Origin: Dicyema japonicum
Taxonomy: Eukaryota > Animalia > Dicyemida
Direction: 5' to 3'
Assembly (NCBI GenBank): GCA_011109175.1
Contig: RDEW01000048.1
Span: forward strand, 333,445 to 397,444
DNA: 64,000 nucleotides
Part shown: positions 13,118 through 26,003 of the stretch, piece by piece
Layout of the letters: the number at the start of each line of letters is the position of its first letter
Position numbering within the stretch: position 1 is the first letter of the stretch
Position numbers and translations under genes: made by a program
The notes under the pieces: model-generated
Told to the model about the DNA's origin: nothing
Database searches by the model: none
Seen by the model: only the letters and a program-made list of their open reading frames with translations

Positions 13118-14217
13118 TTAAGGAGTAATAAAAATAGAATCATCATCATATTTAGTATTATAGTAGTAATCATCAAAGTAATGAACATGAACACTTCCAT
13201 CCTGTCCTGCACTACAATACGATCTCCCATTTGGGTGAAATCCCACTCCATTGATTGGTCCAAAGTGACCACCAAAGTTACACAATTCCTCCTCTGTCCC
13301 TATATGATAGAATCTTGACAAAAACTCCCCATTAACTGTTGTTGTCACATCCTTAGCCTCCTGTCCCCCAGCCAGGATAACCTACATGTAATTAGACTAC
13401 CAACATGAGGCATGAGTGAGGATATTCCCACAGAATTGACAGGTCTATCAGACGAATAAGTCATCAATTCTAACAAATCAAAGTCAAATAACTAACATTC
13501 ACAAAATCAATACCTTCGCTGTTTGATCCTTACTACCACTTAACACTAATGGAACACGTGGGTGTACTTTCATATCAGTTATCATCTTCTCATGAGTACT
13601 CAGTCTCTTCATTATCTTCTCATTCTACCATAATCACTACCACTCACTCTAATGTCGTACAAGCTAACAACTCCACACTCATCCCCCAATATTACTGATT
13701 CATCACACAAACCAAACACAGAACACGTGACTCGTTTAGTGCTCTCTATTACTCTTATTGGTTTCCTCACTGATTTAGTCATCATTATTACTTTTCCCAA
13801 TGTCGTACAGCTCCACACGTGGACTCCAACGGGAGGCCAACACAATCTTACCATTCCACGATAGCTTGCATGATGAACATCTCAGAGTTATGTTCTCCTC
13901 TTCTATCAGTTCCACAGTCTTCCCTGTCTGAATATCCACCAGTCTCAGAGTACCGTCACCAGCAACTGATAACAGAAACTGAGTCATGTCTTTGTATTAT
14001 TATAAAAACAACAATCAACATCAAAGTCAACAACAGCCCCAGTGTGGGGGATTGTCCCCATTTTACTGCATTTGTTGATGAACCATACAATAATAGACAT
14101 GTCCTTTCCACCAGAGAACAGAAAATCCCCTTCCCTGTTGTACAAAATCTTAACTATTGCCTTTGTATGTCCACTCAATATTATTGGGATCTATGTTTAT
14201 TACACTACAATTACCAT
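13118..14217 (-). CDS. EIF3I: Translation initiation factor 3 subunit I (WD40), 7 exons
   Basis: M|IPIILSGHTKAIVKILYNREGDFLFSGGKD, HTGAVVDFDVD, GGQEAKDVTTT, GHFGPINGVGFHPNGRSYCSAGQDGSV. Six 22-24 nt introns; frame intact. Confidence 0.95.
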
Positions 14218-14849
14218 TTAATTAACGTGATTTTAAATTATTAATTATAAATTAAACTATGGTTACATTAATATAAATAATTATATATCAGAAAAGTATA
14301 GGGAAATACTTATGGTCCCAGGATTTGAGTTGGAGGACAAAACAAAGTACAGGTTTGTACAATCTCTTGACCATATTGGTTTGTCCAAAAATATTACCAC
14401 GGTGATTTGTTTTCGAAGATCTTTGAAACATTTTTTAGAATTAAGGATTTTATCAATCGTTTCATGGTTCACTATGGCTAACTGATAAACTCTATTTTTA
14501 GTAGGGTCATCAATGGAACATGAGATCAAGTATATAATCCGGAAGATATCCTTGTTGGAACTTCAAATCTGGGGTTACTTGTCTCACAGTGGAAAGATTT
14601 TGGAGTTGTCCTCATATCTGAGGCTTCCTTTTCTACTTCTAGAACGGGAAATTAGAAATTTCCAATCTATTCTAAAGTCTCTATCACACTGAAGAGATAC
14701 AAAATTTTGTAAAGGAGAAATCTCTCAATGCTTTTCAGGTGATTTCGCATCTTATTTCTTAAAGTCAAATTCCTTATGTGGGTAATGAAGATTCTGTATT
14801 ATTAAAGAAAATTAAAAAGACAACTGAAAAGACTCGTGTGATTTCACAT

Positions 14850-15300
14850 GAAACCTATCAGCGTTTATATTGTGTGGCCAGGTGTTTCGGCGGAATCTGC
14901 CGAACCATAGGGCATGGTGTGCTCTTTACTGAACAGCATATTTCACTATGAACGTCGGGTGAATTCACCCATTCAATCTCAGTGGGTAGCCAATCGGCCA
15001 CACGGTTTGAGGCGTACACACGTTGGATGAATCAGAAATTTGATTCTTTTTAGAGAATACTCCTTTTTGATATATCCAACATCCCGGAAATACCTAGTTG
15101 TGGAGATACCCTGACTCAATCGAATCACATGCTTCATTCGGTGAACAACGATTGGAAGATGTTCCAAAAGGATATAACCTACAAGTTATGGCAGTATGAT
15201 GAGTACCTTGGTCGACAGACCATGTACGTGGAAGAAATTCCTTCCACACAACATCATACCTTTAGGAGCTGAAATTGTTTCTGAACTCGGAAACAAGACA
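14850..15300 (-). mobile_element. Degenerate LINE C-terminal fragment
   Basis: CCSVKSTPCPMVRQIPP resembles the LINE post-RT motif TG..KSTP...L...IPP. Confidence 0.35.
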
Positions 15301-15419
15301 AGGGTCGTCACTATATACCCTATTGGGTGAATATTTTACAGCCTATTTTAGCACATATGATAAAATAGGCCCAACCACCTTGGTTGTCCTGACATTCAAA
15401 GGGGAAATACAAGAATACA

Positions 15420-15700
15420 TTGAATATTATTATTAGCACTTTCACGAGAGCCCGCATGTGCAGCAAAAAATATAAGAGAAAGAGTTAGCTTCTTCCAGGC
15501 TTTTCTGTTCTTTGCTAGGTCCTTCAGTGTGTCCACATTGGGACCAGATGCCAATGTTTTCTTCACGGCTTTCAGATCGTTTTGTAAAACGACCGGGAGG
15601 GTTATTCTCGGTCTTCCACGAAAGTGTTTTACATTGGAGGAGTAGTAATCTTCCATTGCGATATTCGAAGGGATATCGGGTCCAACCTCAGGACGAATAG
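15420..15700 (-). mobile_element. 3' end of an RTE-like LINE with a (TAA)n tail
   Basis: FRGRPRITLPVVLQNDL...LAKNRKAWKKLT (RTE-type C-terminus). Tail shared with 57545-57650 and 60315-60395. Confidence 0.8.
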
Positions 15701-15745
15701 TATATGAATAATAACACGTGGGTAAAGAATTAATTACAAAAGACT

Positions 15746-16671
15746 TTAAAAAGTATTAAAATGTCCAGATTTAAAGAAATTAAATTGAATGTAATTTCCC
15801 CTATAAATAAGTAAAGACATAACCAGTCAACAGTCACACATTGCCTCATCAATATCTTCTCAGCAGTCCCCCAACTAGATCTTACTATTGAGGGATATCC
15901 AAATATGTGATCAACACTGTTTAACATAAATTTCTTAGTAATTGGGTCTATGATAATCCATCAGTAATACCATTAGGATAACCACTTCCATAATCCTCAT
16001 AGTCAAATCCCTCAGGAAATGACCAATCACGGAGAGACTCATCCCTTGCCACTTTTGCACAAATACTTGCAGCCCCCACAACAGGAAATAACAAATCAGC
16101 CTTTGACCTCACCTCAAAGTTGACTTTCTCCTTAAAGGACATTGATAATTTGGTGTGACAGATTGATGGTTTACCAATAGTGTCCACATACACCTAAAGT
16201 GATTATTAGAGACAACAGTGTGAATGTCCACTCCATCATCAATCAAAGTTTGTACAAGAGAGACCACACAGTCCATTGATATTTGGTTAAGACTATATTT
16301 GGGAGTCTCTAACATTTTATTTGATATCAAAAGAGGTGAGATATACTTAACAATCCACATGAATGACCCACTGTGAATCCCATTCTTAAGTTTGTCAATG
16401 ATTTGTTCACGTTTGATGGGAGTAATGGTCTTAGAATCTGTATAATATTATAATAATACCAGTAGCACCAATCTCATTGAGAGTGTCCATCATGTGCAAT
16501 GGTACTACAAATGCACCAAACACTAAATTACCTAAAATTATATATATTATTACCCAAAACAGGACCTCTACCAGCCTCATCAATACCCACTATACATTTG
16601 TTATTCTTACAGACATCACTAACCAATGATCGCTTTATATATTTTGTTAATTGTTCACACTTCAATAACAT
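15746..16671 (-). CDS. RNASEH2A: Ribonuclease H2 catalytic subunit A, 6 exons
   Basis: GIDEAGRGPVLG, DSK, VYVDTIG, KADLLFPVVGAASICAKVARD, YGSGYPNDP, VRSSW. Five 22-23 nt introns. Confidence 0.95.
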
Positions 16672-16739
16672 TTATTATTTAAATTTTTACTTTATTTAAC
16701 CAACAATATAAAGTTAATATTTAATAATCAACCTTCCTC

Positions 16740-18300
16740 GCCTGCCTGTTCGTCAGCCTCCTCAGGCAGGTTCGATTCTGGTTGCTGAAACAACTCCGAG
16801 AGCGCCTTGTCCAATTGAACCCTTTGTCCATATGTCATCTCCGGGCTCTGCCTCCTATACCCGAGTGTCAGGCTCTCTAGGATCCGCTATAAAACAGTGG
16901 ACTGTAGATAGGCCTGGAGCTTCCTATCTAACCCTAACTGCTTCAGATAACCCTTGTGGTACCTTGTTGCAATTCCTTCCTACGTCATTACTATTGGAAT
17001 AACGAGGACCTTGCAACCAAGAATCTGCCCCATCTGGTTTGTAAGCAAGTCATACTTCTTTTTTTCTCCATTTCCACAGTATGCAAACGGTCTTGAGACG
17101 TATGCCAACCTCTATGATAAGGACTTGGCCAGGCTCCTTATCGTGTACCACAATGTCCGATTTATTGTGCTTGACTAGCACCTAGTACGGATAACACTGT
17201 CTACCTTAATTTGGACCCTGGTGTTTTCTACTACAGATTGCACCTTATGAGTCCGCAACTTTCTGGTGTGGCGAATACCATACTTATTGCATAGAAGATG
17301 AAGACTCCTTACTACCTCGTTATGTCTCCACACATAGTCGTGGCAAGCATGGATCCGCACAGAGTGGCTAAATGATCAACTGACATGCTCCTTGACTTAC
17401 AGTGGGGACATGTATTTGTTGATCGACCACAAAAATATTGTTGTTTTGCATATACGTTATAGCGCCTACAATCGAGGTGAGTTGTCACCGTATTTAGCCA
17501 TATTGTCGACGTTTTAAGGTCGACATGTGGGTTGTCCAATGCTCTGAAGAGGACCTTATGAAGGCTTTTTAAGTTGATCTTTTCCATAAATTATTATATT
17601 GTAATTCGATCAACGCCTTCACATTTACTAGCCCACCATCATCAACACCATACTTAGCAGACAAAAAAGGTCTGATAGTGCCTAGGTGGGCTGCCCGTGT
17701 TTTCTCGGTCGTTATTATGGCTGCTTCCTAGAGACACACTTGACCCAGCTATCAGGGTGTCGTGCATTCACATTAGGATACGCTCACTTAGTTGGATTAC
17801 TCCAAAGTCCACGGCCGAATTTATCACGGGTAAATATAGTCTCTCCTTATTGGCTGCCAGCATGGACATGGTTCTCTCTGAGTACTCCACGGATCATAAC
17901 ATCCATCTCATCATACTCTGAACTCAAACTCCACAACATCTATGTAGTAGTTTAGCAGCGAGACAGCATACTCATTTAATGCTAGGAACAAATTCCTTGC
18001 ATTTAGAGACATCTTACATAATAACGCTGCTCTTTTACGAATGCCTTCAGTCGCTTTGTCTCAGGCATTATGGTTTAAAGTTTCGGTAACACCTAGATAT
18101 CCTCTAGGACTCTAACTAACTCGCTACATTTTTGTGTTAGTCACAAACTGAATAATTAAAATCTAGTCCTATACTCTCAAAGAATTCCATGGCACAGACC
18201 CCATGAGTAAAGTCCTCGCTGTTCGAGCATACATCTAGGTCATAATAAGAAGGGTGATTTGTACTGAAATATCCTAAGTTGTTTTGTGTTATAATTAAAT
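16740..18300 (-). mobile_element. R4/Dong-like RLE non-LTR retrotransposon, 3' half, degenerate
   Basis: CPHC...HLATLC zinc knuckle, HNEVVRSLHLLLCNKYG, KVDSVIRT, EKKKYDLL, IPIVMT; RT scraps upstream. Confidence 0.8.
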
Positions 18301-19483
18301 GTTAATAAAAAATGTTTCTTAATGATTGTTAATTATGCTGAGTATGCTGATGGAACACAGGATGAAAGGTTTCTGATGAAGAGTACACCTTTGCTACCTC
18401 TTAACTTGTGGAATTGGCATGTCGTGAGGACATTCCACTGGACTCTAATAGAGATATTTTGACTTACTCTGATGTGGAGATGGGGAATAATGGATAGTTG
18501 ATGGCACATTCTTCTTCTAAGAGAGAAGGATTACTACCAATCTGGATTAAAATCCGATTAATTAGATATTTTACTGGTTTTACTTTTTAATCATTTTGTT
18601 GAAATTAATAACTCATTATAGTCCACCACCTAATTGTATTTAACTTACAATCTGATGGACCTCTATTCTTATTAATTTGAGCCCAGTTTTTTAATTCAAA
18701 ACATCGTCTTGATTCCTTTATGAGACAATCATGTTCTCTAAAGTTTTCCTGATTACCAGTAAATGAATGATCCCAACGAATGTGATGTTGCATAGCCATC
18801 ACATGTAAGTACTACTTGGAGGGACAATTTTGACCTTCCCATGATCCTGGAGAGATAGTCGCATTTCCAAGCTTTTAATACCCCGCTTACTGTAGATTTT
18901 TAATAAATAAAAAGCATATATTCCACTTTCAAAAACAAAATTTAATGTTATTTGACTAATAATGACACAGGTACAATTAATAATATTATTAGTCAACCTT
19001 CTATAATTAATAATCATAATACTCCACCCACCTGTCACAGATATGACTAATCCTCTTCACAACCATCTCTTTAGCGTTTTTATGTATCTTCCGGGGAGGT
19101 CAACATTTGGAAATAAGATCCTTATTGGATAATGCTTCCTAATTACGATTCACACTTGCACTGGATGGAGGACCTCTATTTTGGCAAGTTCAGTTCTGAC
19201 TATCTCCAGGCGGTAGAGATGCAAATTGGGATTATCTCGTCGCAAGCAAAATCAATATCGTCCGTGTATATTAATTTTCACTTGTTCTGACTTTAACATC
19301 ACTTCAACATAAATAAAAAATAAAATGAGTCTCCTTGGAGAATTAATAGTAACCACAAACAAATTTGTTAATAGTTCAAATAGCATCAAATATTCATGGA
19401 AAACTCGTTTATTATTAAATTTTTAATAATATTTTAATTTCATATAATAATTGTTATAAATAAAATTTAAATTTAAACTAAAA

Positions 19484-22400
19484 ATGTCTTTGATAATGAA
19501 AACCGCCCTTTCAAGAATATCCCGTCTTCACTTTCGATATCGCAGTACATCTTTACGCCCCCAAGATATTACAGTTGGGGTACCAGCTGAGACTGAATTA
19601 AATGAACTGTATTGCAGTATTATCATTATAGTCGAGTAGCACTCAGTCCACAAGGCGTCTCTGATTTAATAAAAGCCGGATTTAAATTGCAAATACAGAA
19701 GGGTGCTGGCTTAGGGGCCAATTACACTGACGAAGACTACTCCAGTTCTGGGGCATTGATTGTTACCAGCCCACGTGATGCATTCCAGTCAGATGTGGTA
19801 CTCAAAGTGAGATCATTTATAAGTAATTATTAGGTGAGACCTCCCACTCTTTCAGAAGTGGAGTTGTATAAGACAGGAGGACTATCAGTCTCATTTTTGA
19901 GTCCATCAGTACACAAATCAACAATAAATGCAATGATGAATAAACACGTGACTGTTATGTCGATGGATATGATCCCTCGAATCAGTCGGGCTCAGGTTGT
20001 GAACTTGATTGACCCAGGCATTCGACGCACTGAGTTCAATGGCCAACATTGCTGGATATAAGGCTGTTTTGGAGGCAGCCAACAAATTCGGGAGATTTAT
20101 GCCGGGACAAATGACAGCAGCAGGGAACATATCCCCAGCCCACGTGTTAGTGATTGGTGGGGGAGTGGCTGGACTGTCGGCCATTGGAGCAGCTAAACGA
20201 ATGGGTGCTGTGGTGAAGGCATTTGACACTCGTTCGGCTGTGAGAGAACAAGTTGAGAGTTTGGGGGCTCAGTTCTTAGAAGTTAAATTGGGGGTTAATG
20301 AGAGAGTTATTATAATAGGAGGAGGGAGAGGGAAGTGGGGGATATGCTAGGGAAATGTCCCCTGAGTTTATTAAGGCTGAGATGGAATTGTTTGCCAAGC
20401 AGTGCAAGAATGTGGATATATTGATAACCACAGCTCTAATTCCAGGTAAACCAGCACCAAAACTGATAACACGTGCTATGATTAAGTCTATGAAGGCTGG
20501 GTCTGTCGTGGTGGACCTGGCAGCTGAGAATGGTGGTAATATTGAGACAACATTGCCCGGTGAGTGCTACGTGTTCAATAATGTGGTTCATATTGGATAT
20601 ACTGATATGCCTAGTCGTCTCCCACGACAGTCATCATCTCTTTATAGTAATAACATCTCCAAATTCTTTCTTTCTCTACGAAGTATTCACAAGTCATTAT
20701 TTGTAGACCAAAATGGGGACTTTGAGGTTGATTTGACCAATGAAGTGACACGTGGAGCAACAGTTGTGCAATCTGTATGACTAATTCATCACTATAGGGC
20801 AAAATACTACCACCAGTTCCCCCAAAAGTGGTAAAACCATCGCCAAAGAATGTGAAAGAGCAGATTGTAGAGGAACCAAACTACTTGCGGAAGGCGTTAG
20901 TAAATTACTCTGCCCAGTCAGCTGTTCTGAGTAGTCTAATTGGTTAAAATATAAAATAAATGCTTAGGTTTGGGGGTTGTTGCTCCCTCAGCCTCATTTG
21001 CACAGATGTTGTCGACATTCTCATTGGGAGGAGTAGTTGGATACTACACAGTCTGGGGAGTTAGTCCATCTCTACATTCTCCCCTAATATCCGTGACTAA
21101 TGCAGTGTCAGGAGTGACTGCTGTAGGTGGAATGCTGTTGATGGGTGGGGGATATCTCCCATGTACGTTACCACAGTCGTTGGGAACAGCTGCTGTGTTT
21201 ATATCAGCAATCAACATTGGAGGAGGATTTGTTGTCACCAAGAGAATGCTTGAAATGTTCAAAGGACGTGACAACTACAGTTATATGACTGGTCTGCCTC
21301 TTTTGACTCTTCTTGGGGGATACTCTGCCTCCAAGCTGTTGTTGGATGTCCCATACTTGGATAGTGTTGGCTACCTCTGTGCCTCACTTTGTTGTATTGG
21401 TGCTGTCAGTGGATTGGCCTCACAGAAAACAGCACAAATTGGTAATTCACTGGGAATTGTTGGGGTTACTACAAGTCTGGGGATTACTTTGGGGGTCATT
21501 CAACCTCATCTTCCATTACTATCACAAATACTTACGACTACTGCATTGGGTAGACCACGTGGATTATTATAGGGACTGCTGTCGGAATGAGAATAGCAAA
21601 AAGACTGGAAGTGACCCAATTACCACAAACAGTTGCACTCTTCCATAGGTGAGACTCCTATTCATTCTAGTTTGGTTGGGGCTGCTGCTGTGCTCACATG
21701 TGCTGCTAGTTTTATGGACACTCATGATGGTGATCTTTTAGTCAAGACATTCCAACATTTGGGCACGTGTATTGGATCTATCACATTCACTGGTTCTTTG
21801 ATTGCCTTTGGCAAACTGCAAGGTTATCTGTTGTTGTGATGTTAGGATTCATTTCTGGTGCCCCATTTTTGTTGCCATACAGAAATACTATTAATATGAC
21901 ACTACTGCTGTCTGCTTTGGCCACATATGGGGGATTCATGGCTACTGATTCATTGGAGATTGGACTATCCATGATTGGACTGGGAGGACTACTGACTGGC
22001 ATATTAGGGGTAACACTGACATCCGCCATTGGAGGAGCTGACATGCCTGTTGTGATAACTGTCCTTAACAGTTACTCTGGGTGGGCCCTCTGTGCTGAGG
22101 GATTCATGCTCAACAACCCATTAATGACTGTTGTGGGGTCGTTGATTGGTTCATCAGGAGCTATTTTATCCTACATCATGTGTAAGGTAGAATTGTACGA
22201 CTCAGCAGGCAATGAACCGGTCCCTTCCAAATGTGGTACTTGGAGGATATGGGGTCACCAGTAAGACATCTAACACATCATAACGGGCACTCATAAGGAA
22301 ATTGATATTTCATCAATGGCTGATCTAATAACAGGACAATGTAATAACATCATAATTGTCCCCGGCTATGGACTATGTGCTGCTAAGGCTCAGTACCCCA

Positions 22401-22849
22401 TTGCTGAGATGACTAAAATTCTCAGAGATAAATACAACAAGAATGTCTGCTTTGGCATTCATCCTGTTGCTGGTAACTTTATAACCAACATGCTAGGTCG
22501 TATGCCTGGACAACTAAACGTTCTTTTAGCTGAGGCAGGTGTTCCCTACGACATTGTGTTGGAGATGGACGAGGTTAACCCAAAAATATCAGAGTTTGAT
22601 CTGGCAGTGGTGATTGGGGCTAACGACACGGTGAATTCCGCTGCGGAAGATGATCCCGAGTCTGTGATAGCGGGAATGAGTGTAATCAGAGTATGGAAGG
22701 CCAACCACGTAGTAATACTTAAACGATCGCTGGGGGTTGGGTATGCTGCAGTAGACAACCCAGTCTTCTTTAATGATAACACCTCTATGCTATTGGGAGA
22801 CGCAAAGGCAACATGTGACGCACTACTGTCTAAGATTACTGATAAATAA
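19484..22849 (+). CDS. NNT: Mitochondrial NAD(P) transhydrogenase, single chain dI-dII-dIII, ~13 exons
   Basis: Transit-like N-terminus, [129 protein letters not shown]. Twelve 22-27 nt introns; one frame correction near 22275. Confidence 0.97.
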
Positions 22850-22936
22850 TAACAAATTAACAAATAATGTTTCTTTCAATGAGTGACTGGTACCACTTAT
22901 CCTTGTCTGTTATCCCACATGGGTTGTATTCTTACG

Positions 22937-23614
22937 TTAATATAATAATTTACCTTTTGCTGTTAAGGCACCACGTCGGGCGTACAGGTCTGCAGTCTCG
23001 TTTCCTTTTATGCCATTGTGGGCAACCACGTGCTTCCATTTAATGTCCACTGTCTTTATAACTTGACTGAGGAATGTGATGAGGTCCTTGTTACGGACAT
23101 CAGATCCAGCAGAATTGATCCATCCATTAGTCTTCCACGTGTGAATCCAATTAGTAACGGAAGAGATGACATATTTACTATCAGTTATTAACAGAATCGG
23201 TCCCAGTAGTTTTCTTCTTGCAATTTCTACGGCCAAACAAGCAGCTTCTATTTCCGCCTGGTTGTTTGTGTTAAAATTGGAGGGACCACTGAAGCTGAGT
23301 GAGTCATCGTGTGGGAAATAAACCCCAATCCCAGAGTCACTCTTAACAGCACCATTATTGAGGGAAGATCCGTCGACGTAAATATGAATTCTGTTAGGGA
23401 ATTGGTCCCTGGTTTGTTTGGTGAACTGTTCATCAGTTATTCCAGGTTTGCACGTGGTATTAGCTGTATCATTATGCATGAATCTTTTTGCAGATTCTAG
23501 ATCCTTAAATCTTTTGAAGGACGCATTTGAGTAGTTCTTAACATTAGCTTGACAAATAGCCCACGTGGAATATATTCCTGGTTTACGTCCAGTTCGTACA
23601 GCATAGTAAGGCAT
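22937..23614 (-). CDS. RNASEH1: Ribonuclease H1 (hybrid-binding domain plus catalytic domain), intronless from this ATG
   Basis: YYAVRTGRKPGIY..W HBD. Catalytic YVDGS, NQAEIEA, ITDSKY, W..NGW, VRNKDL, AHNGIKGNETADLYARRGA (all four acidic residues present). Confidence 0.93.
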   Translation of the reverse strand: MPYYAVRTGRKPGIYSTWAICQANVKNYSNASFKRFKDLESAKRFMHNDTANTTCKPGITDEQFTKQTRDQFPNRIHIYVDGSSLNNGAVKSDSGIGVYFPHDDSLSFSGPSNFNTNNQAEIEAACLAVEIARRKLLGPILLITDSKYVISSVTNWIHTWKTNGWINSAGSDVRNKDLITFLSQVIKTVDIKWKHVVAHNGIKGNETADLYARRGALTAKGKLLY

Positions 23615-23879
23615 TAATAATAGCCGGGAAATAATTAATAAATGATAACGTAAAGCTAATATTTTAAGTTTAAATTAATAATAATTAATTATACACTTAA
23701 TTAAAAAATATTTAGTATTATGGACGGGGATAATTATATTTGTTCCGAATCTATTACATCTGATGATTTTTCTTCCTGTAGTACTTCCATCATATTTGTA
23801 TATTCCATCGACTTCTCTATGCTTAGTAAGTACCTTTTCAATTGAACATATTATTCTATGCCGAGATTTCAATGCCCTG

Positions 23880-24800
23880 CTCCTACGTGTTTATACGATC
23901 TAGGTATGCCTGAACTCGGCGGCTACCATTAGGATGTGTTCCCAAAGGCGATGATAGAATATTCTGCATATGACAGGATTAGTGTGTTGGGATTGTATAT
24001 CTGAAGATTTCCTAAAGTAATAAATTAAACAACATCAAAGAAATCGGGGAGCCTTATGAGACTCCATTGGTAGTAATTACGATCTGTTATTTCCAAAGAA
24101 TATTCTCTGACGACGTCCAGACAGGAAATTTTCTATTCATAAATCTTTTGTATTAGTCATCGAGACAGACGAACATGGATCTAAACTATCCCAGTACGCA
24201 TATGTGACCTTAAACAGTCAATATTAAATTAAGATAAAGTTTACAAGTGCTTAGTGGTAGATCTTCACATTAGATCACTATGTTGGAAAGATCGCCCAAG
24301 TTAGGGATAATCGTCATAGAAACCGATTATTGATCAAAAACACCAAGAATTAATTTGAGTGTAATCAGACATTATGAGAAGGGGTCATTCTTGGATTTTC
24401 TGAGTTTTAGAGAAGGGATAATAACTGAATTCTCATAAATGTTAGGGAGGGTTTGTATATTCACCGAGTAGTTGTATATGTGTGTCAGCGTTTCAGATGA
24501 CTTGAAGACAATCCATCGGAACCACAAGTACGGGAGTTCCATATGGAGCTGATGATCTTCCACAATTGTTCAGCAAAGAAAAATAGCGTGTTAAGGTTCG
24601 GTCAGAATAAGCAAGTGTCGATTCTGAATACTTTGGGTGATTTTGTAACTTACATTAATTTATCTGTTAGCAAGTTTATCTATTCTGTATTGGAGAAGTT
24701 GCACCATCCTCATCTTCAAGAAGTGTCTGATCCGTTTAAGAATCTTCCAGGAGTTGACTCTTGTGATTAGGCATTTAATTATGCGACTCCATTTTGTTTA
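23880..24800 (-). mobile_element. Degenerate LINE RT relic
   Basis: LTHIYNYSV...IIPSLK..KNDP, NFLSGRRQRI, NGVS*GSPISLMLFN, SYAE (YADD remnant), with stops and frameshifts. Confidence 0.7.
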
Positions 24801-24869
24801 TTTTGTAGTCAAAGAAAATTTAGTTATGACATAATTATATTTATTTGAAATTAAAAATCACCTACAAAT

Positions 24870-25660
24870 AAACGGGAATAAGTGGCTGTCAGGTGATCCC
24901 GCATCCTTATGCAGTCGAAGAAATGATGTTGCTGATATGCTTTCTAAATTTCATAAGGGGTCGTATGTGATCCCAGTATTTTGACAGAGTTCGTGGAGGG
25001 AATTGACATTCAATTAAGGGTAAAAAAGGTGCCAAATTTGTTAGTCTTCCATTTGAAGTAAAAACCGTTGTGGTAGACTTTTCAGGAATTGTGTGTAACA
25101 GGTTCCTCATAAGCCAACAGCTCAGGTTGTCCAATCAATCTTGTAAGCGGTTTCCGTGTAAATACATTAATCTCTTGTTTCCAAGATTTAATAAGCGAGG
25201 ATCAAAGTGATGTTGTTTCTATAGGAAGGCATACCGCTCATAAAGAGGTTGAAGAAAATGGTGACAGTGGGGATCCCTGTTGGACCCAAATGTTAAGAAT
25301 TTAGAGACAGAAAATGTGGAATGTGAAATCACTCTTCCTTATCGTCCATTGAGGAAGTTTGAAAGCCAAATTTTCAAATTGTTTGAAATGTTAGAGCCAT
25401 AAATCTTCCTAGTTAGTAATTTCCTCGGAATCGTGTCAAAAGTCTTCTGTACGTTAATGGAACACATAAGGGTCTTTTCATACAGAGGTTTGCATTGTAG
25501 GCCCTCCTTGATGAATTTCGTTACGCATGTAAGTTGATTAGTTGCTGAGTGACCCTTCTTAAAACCATGTTGGCAGGATACGTCCGAAAGGTAAGGTTTA
25601 ATCTGACCGAGAATGAGTTTTTCTAGAATTTGTGGTAAAGGTATAATAGAAATGTCTAGT
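24870..25660 (-). mobile_element. Degenerate, internally deleted LINE RT relic
   Basis: ILEKLIL...QHGFKKGHS, KTFDTIP, WLSNFLNGR, LDNLSCWL..PEKST. 24920-25133 is a close relative of 44919-45133. GGGATCACCTGA end at ~24890. Confidence 0.8.
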
Positions 25661-25669
25661 ATTTCCTTT

Positions 25670-25865
25670 ATTATTACCCCCGGGATCACTCGGTCAAAGA
25701 AAAAGAAATAAAAGTTCTCAAATAACAGTGACCCCACCCCCTCCGACAAGGAAGAAGACGAGTCCGGCGGGGTCGAGAATCCTGTACAGCTCTTCTCATT
25801 GTTCTTTATAAGGAATTTTGGTTCGACACATAGCTGTCTTTTGTATATGGTAAACAGCGTGACAG
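25670..25865 (-). mobile_element. 3' end of the (TAA)n-tailed LINE family (copy 1)
   Basis: Matches 29570-29750 and 31175-31620. Confidence 0.75.
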
Positions 25866-26003
25866 AAGGTAATGGAAATAGTAGACAATTCTATTATACC
25901 TCATCAAAAAGTATTTCCATTAAAATTATGAGAAAAATTTATAATAAAAGTTACAAATTAATATAAGAAATGAATTTTATATAATAATTAATTTAAATAT
26001 TTC

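Noticed and set aside
14872-15010. Nested inverted repeats (TGTGGCC/GGCCACA, TTCGGC/GCCGAA, GGGTGAATTCACCC) suggesting RNase P/MRP or SRP RNA
   Set aside because: No P4 partner strand or SRP helix-8 motif found; the opposite strand reads as a LINE C-terminal peptide.
16925-16940. TAACCCTAAC telomere-like word (also CCCTAACC at ~6875)
   Set aside because: Fewer than two full units; inside TE coding sequence.
18350-18420. CTGATGA hammerhead core candidate
   Set aside because: No stem II followed by GAAA and no stem I/III pairing.
22937-24800. RNase H downstream of a same-strand LINE RT, as in I/Ingi elements
   Set aside because: The RNase H has a hybrid-binding domain, is intact, and has its own A/T block; it is a host RNASEH1 and the RT is a separate decayed relic.
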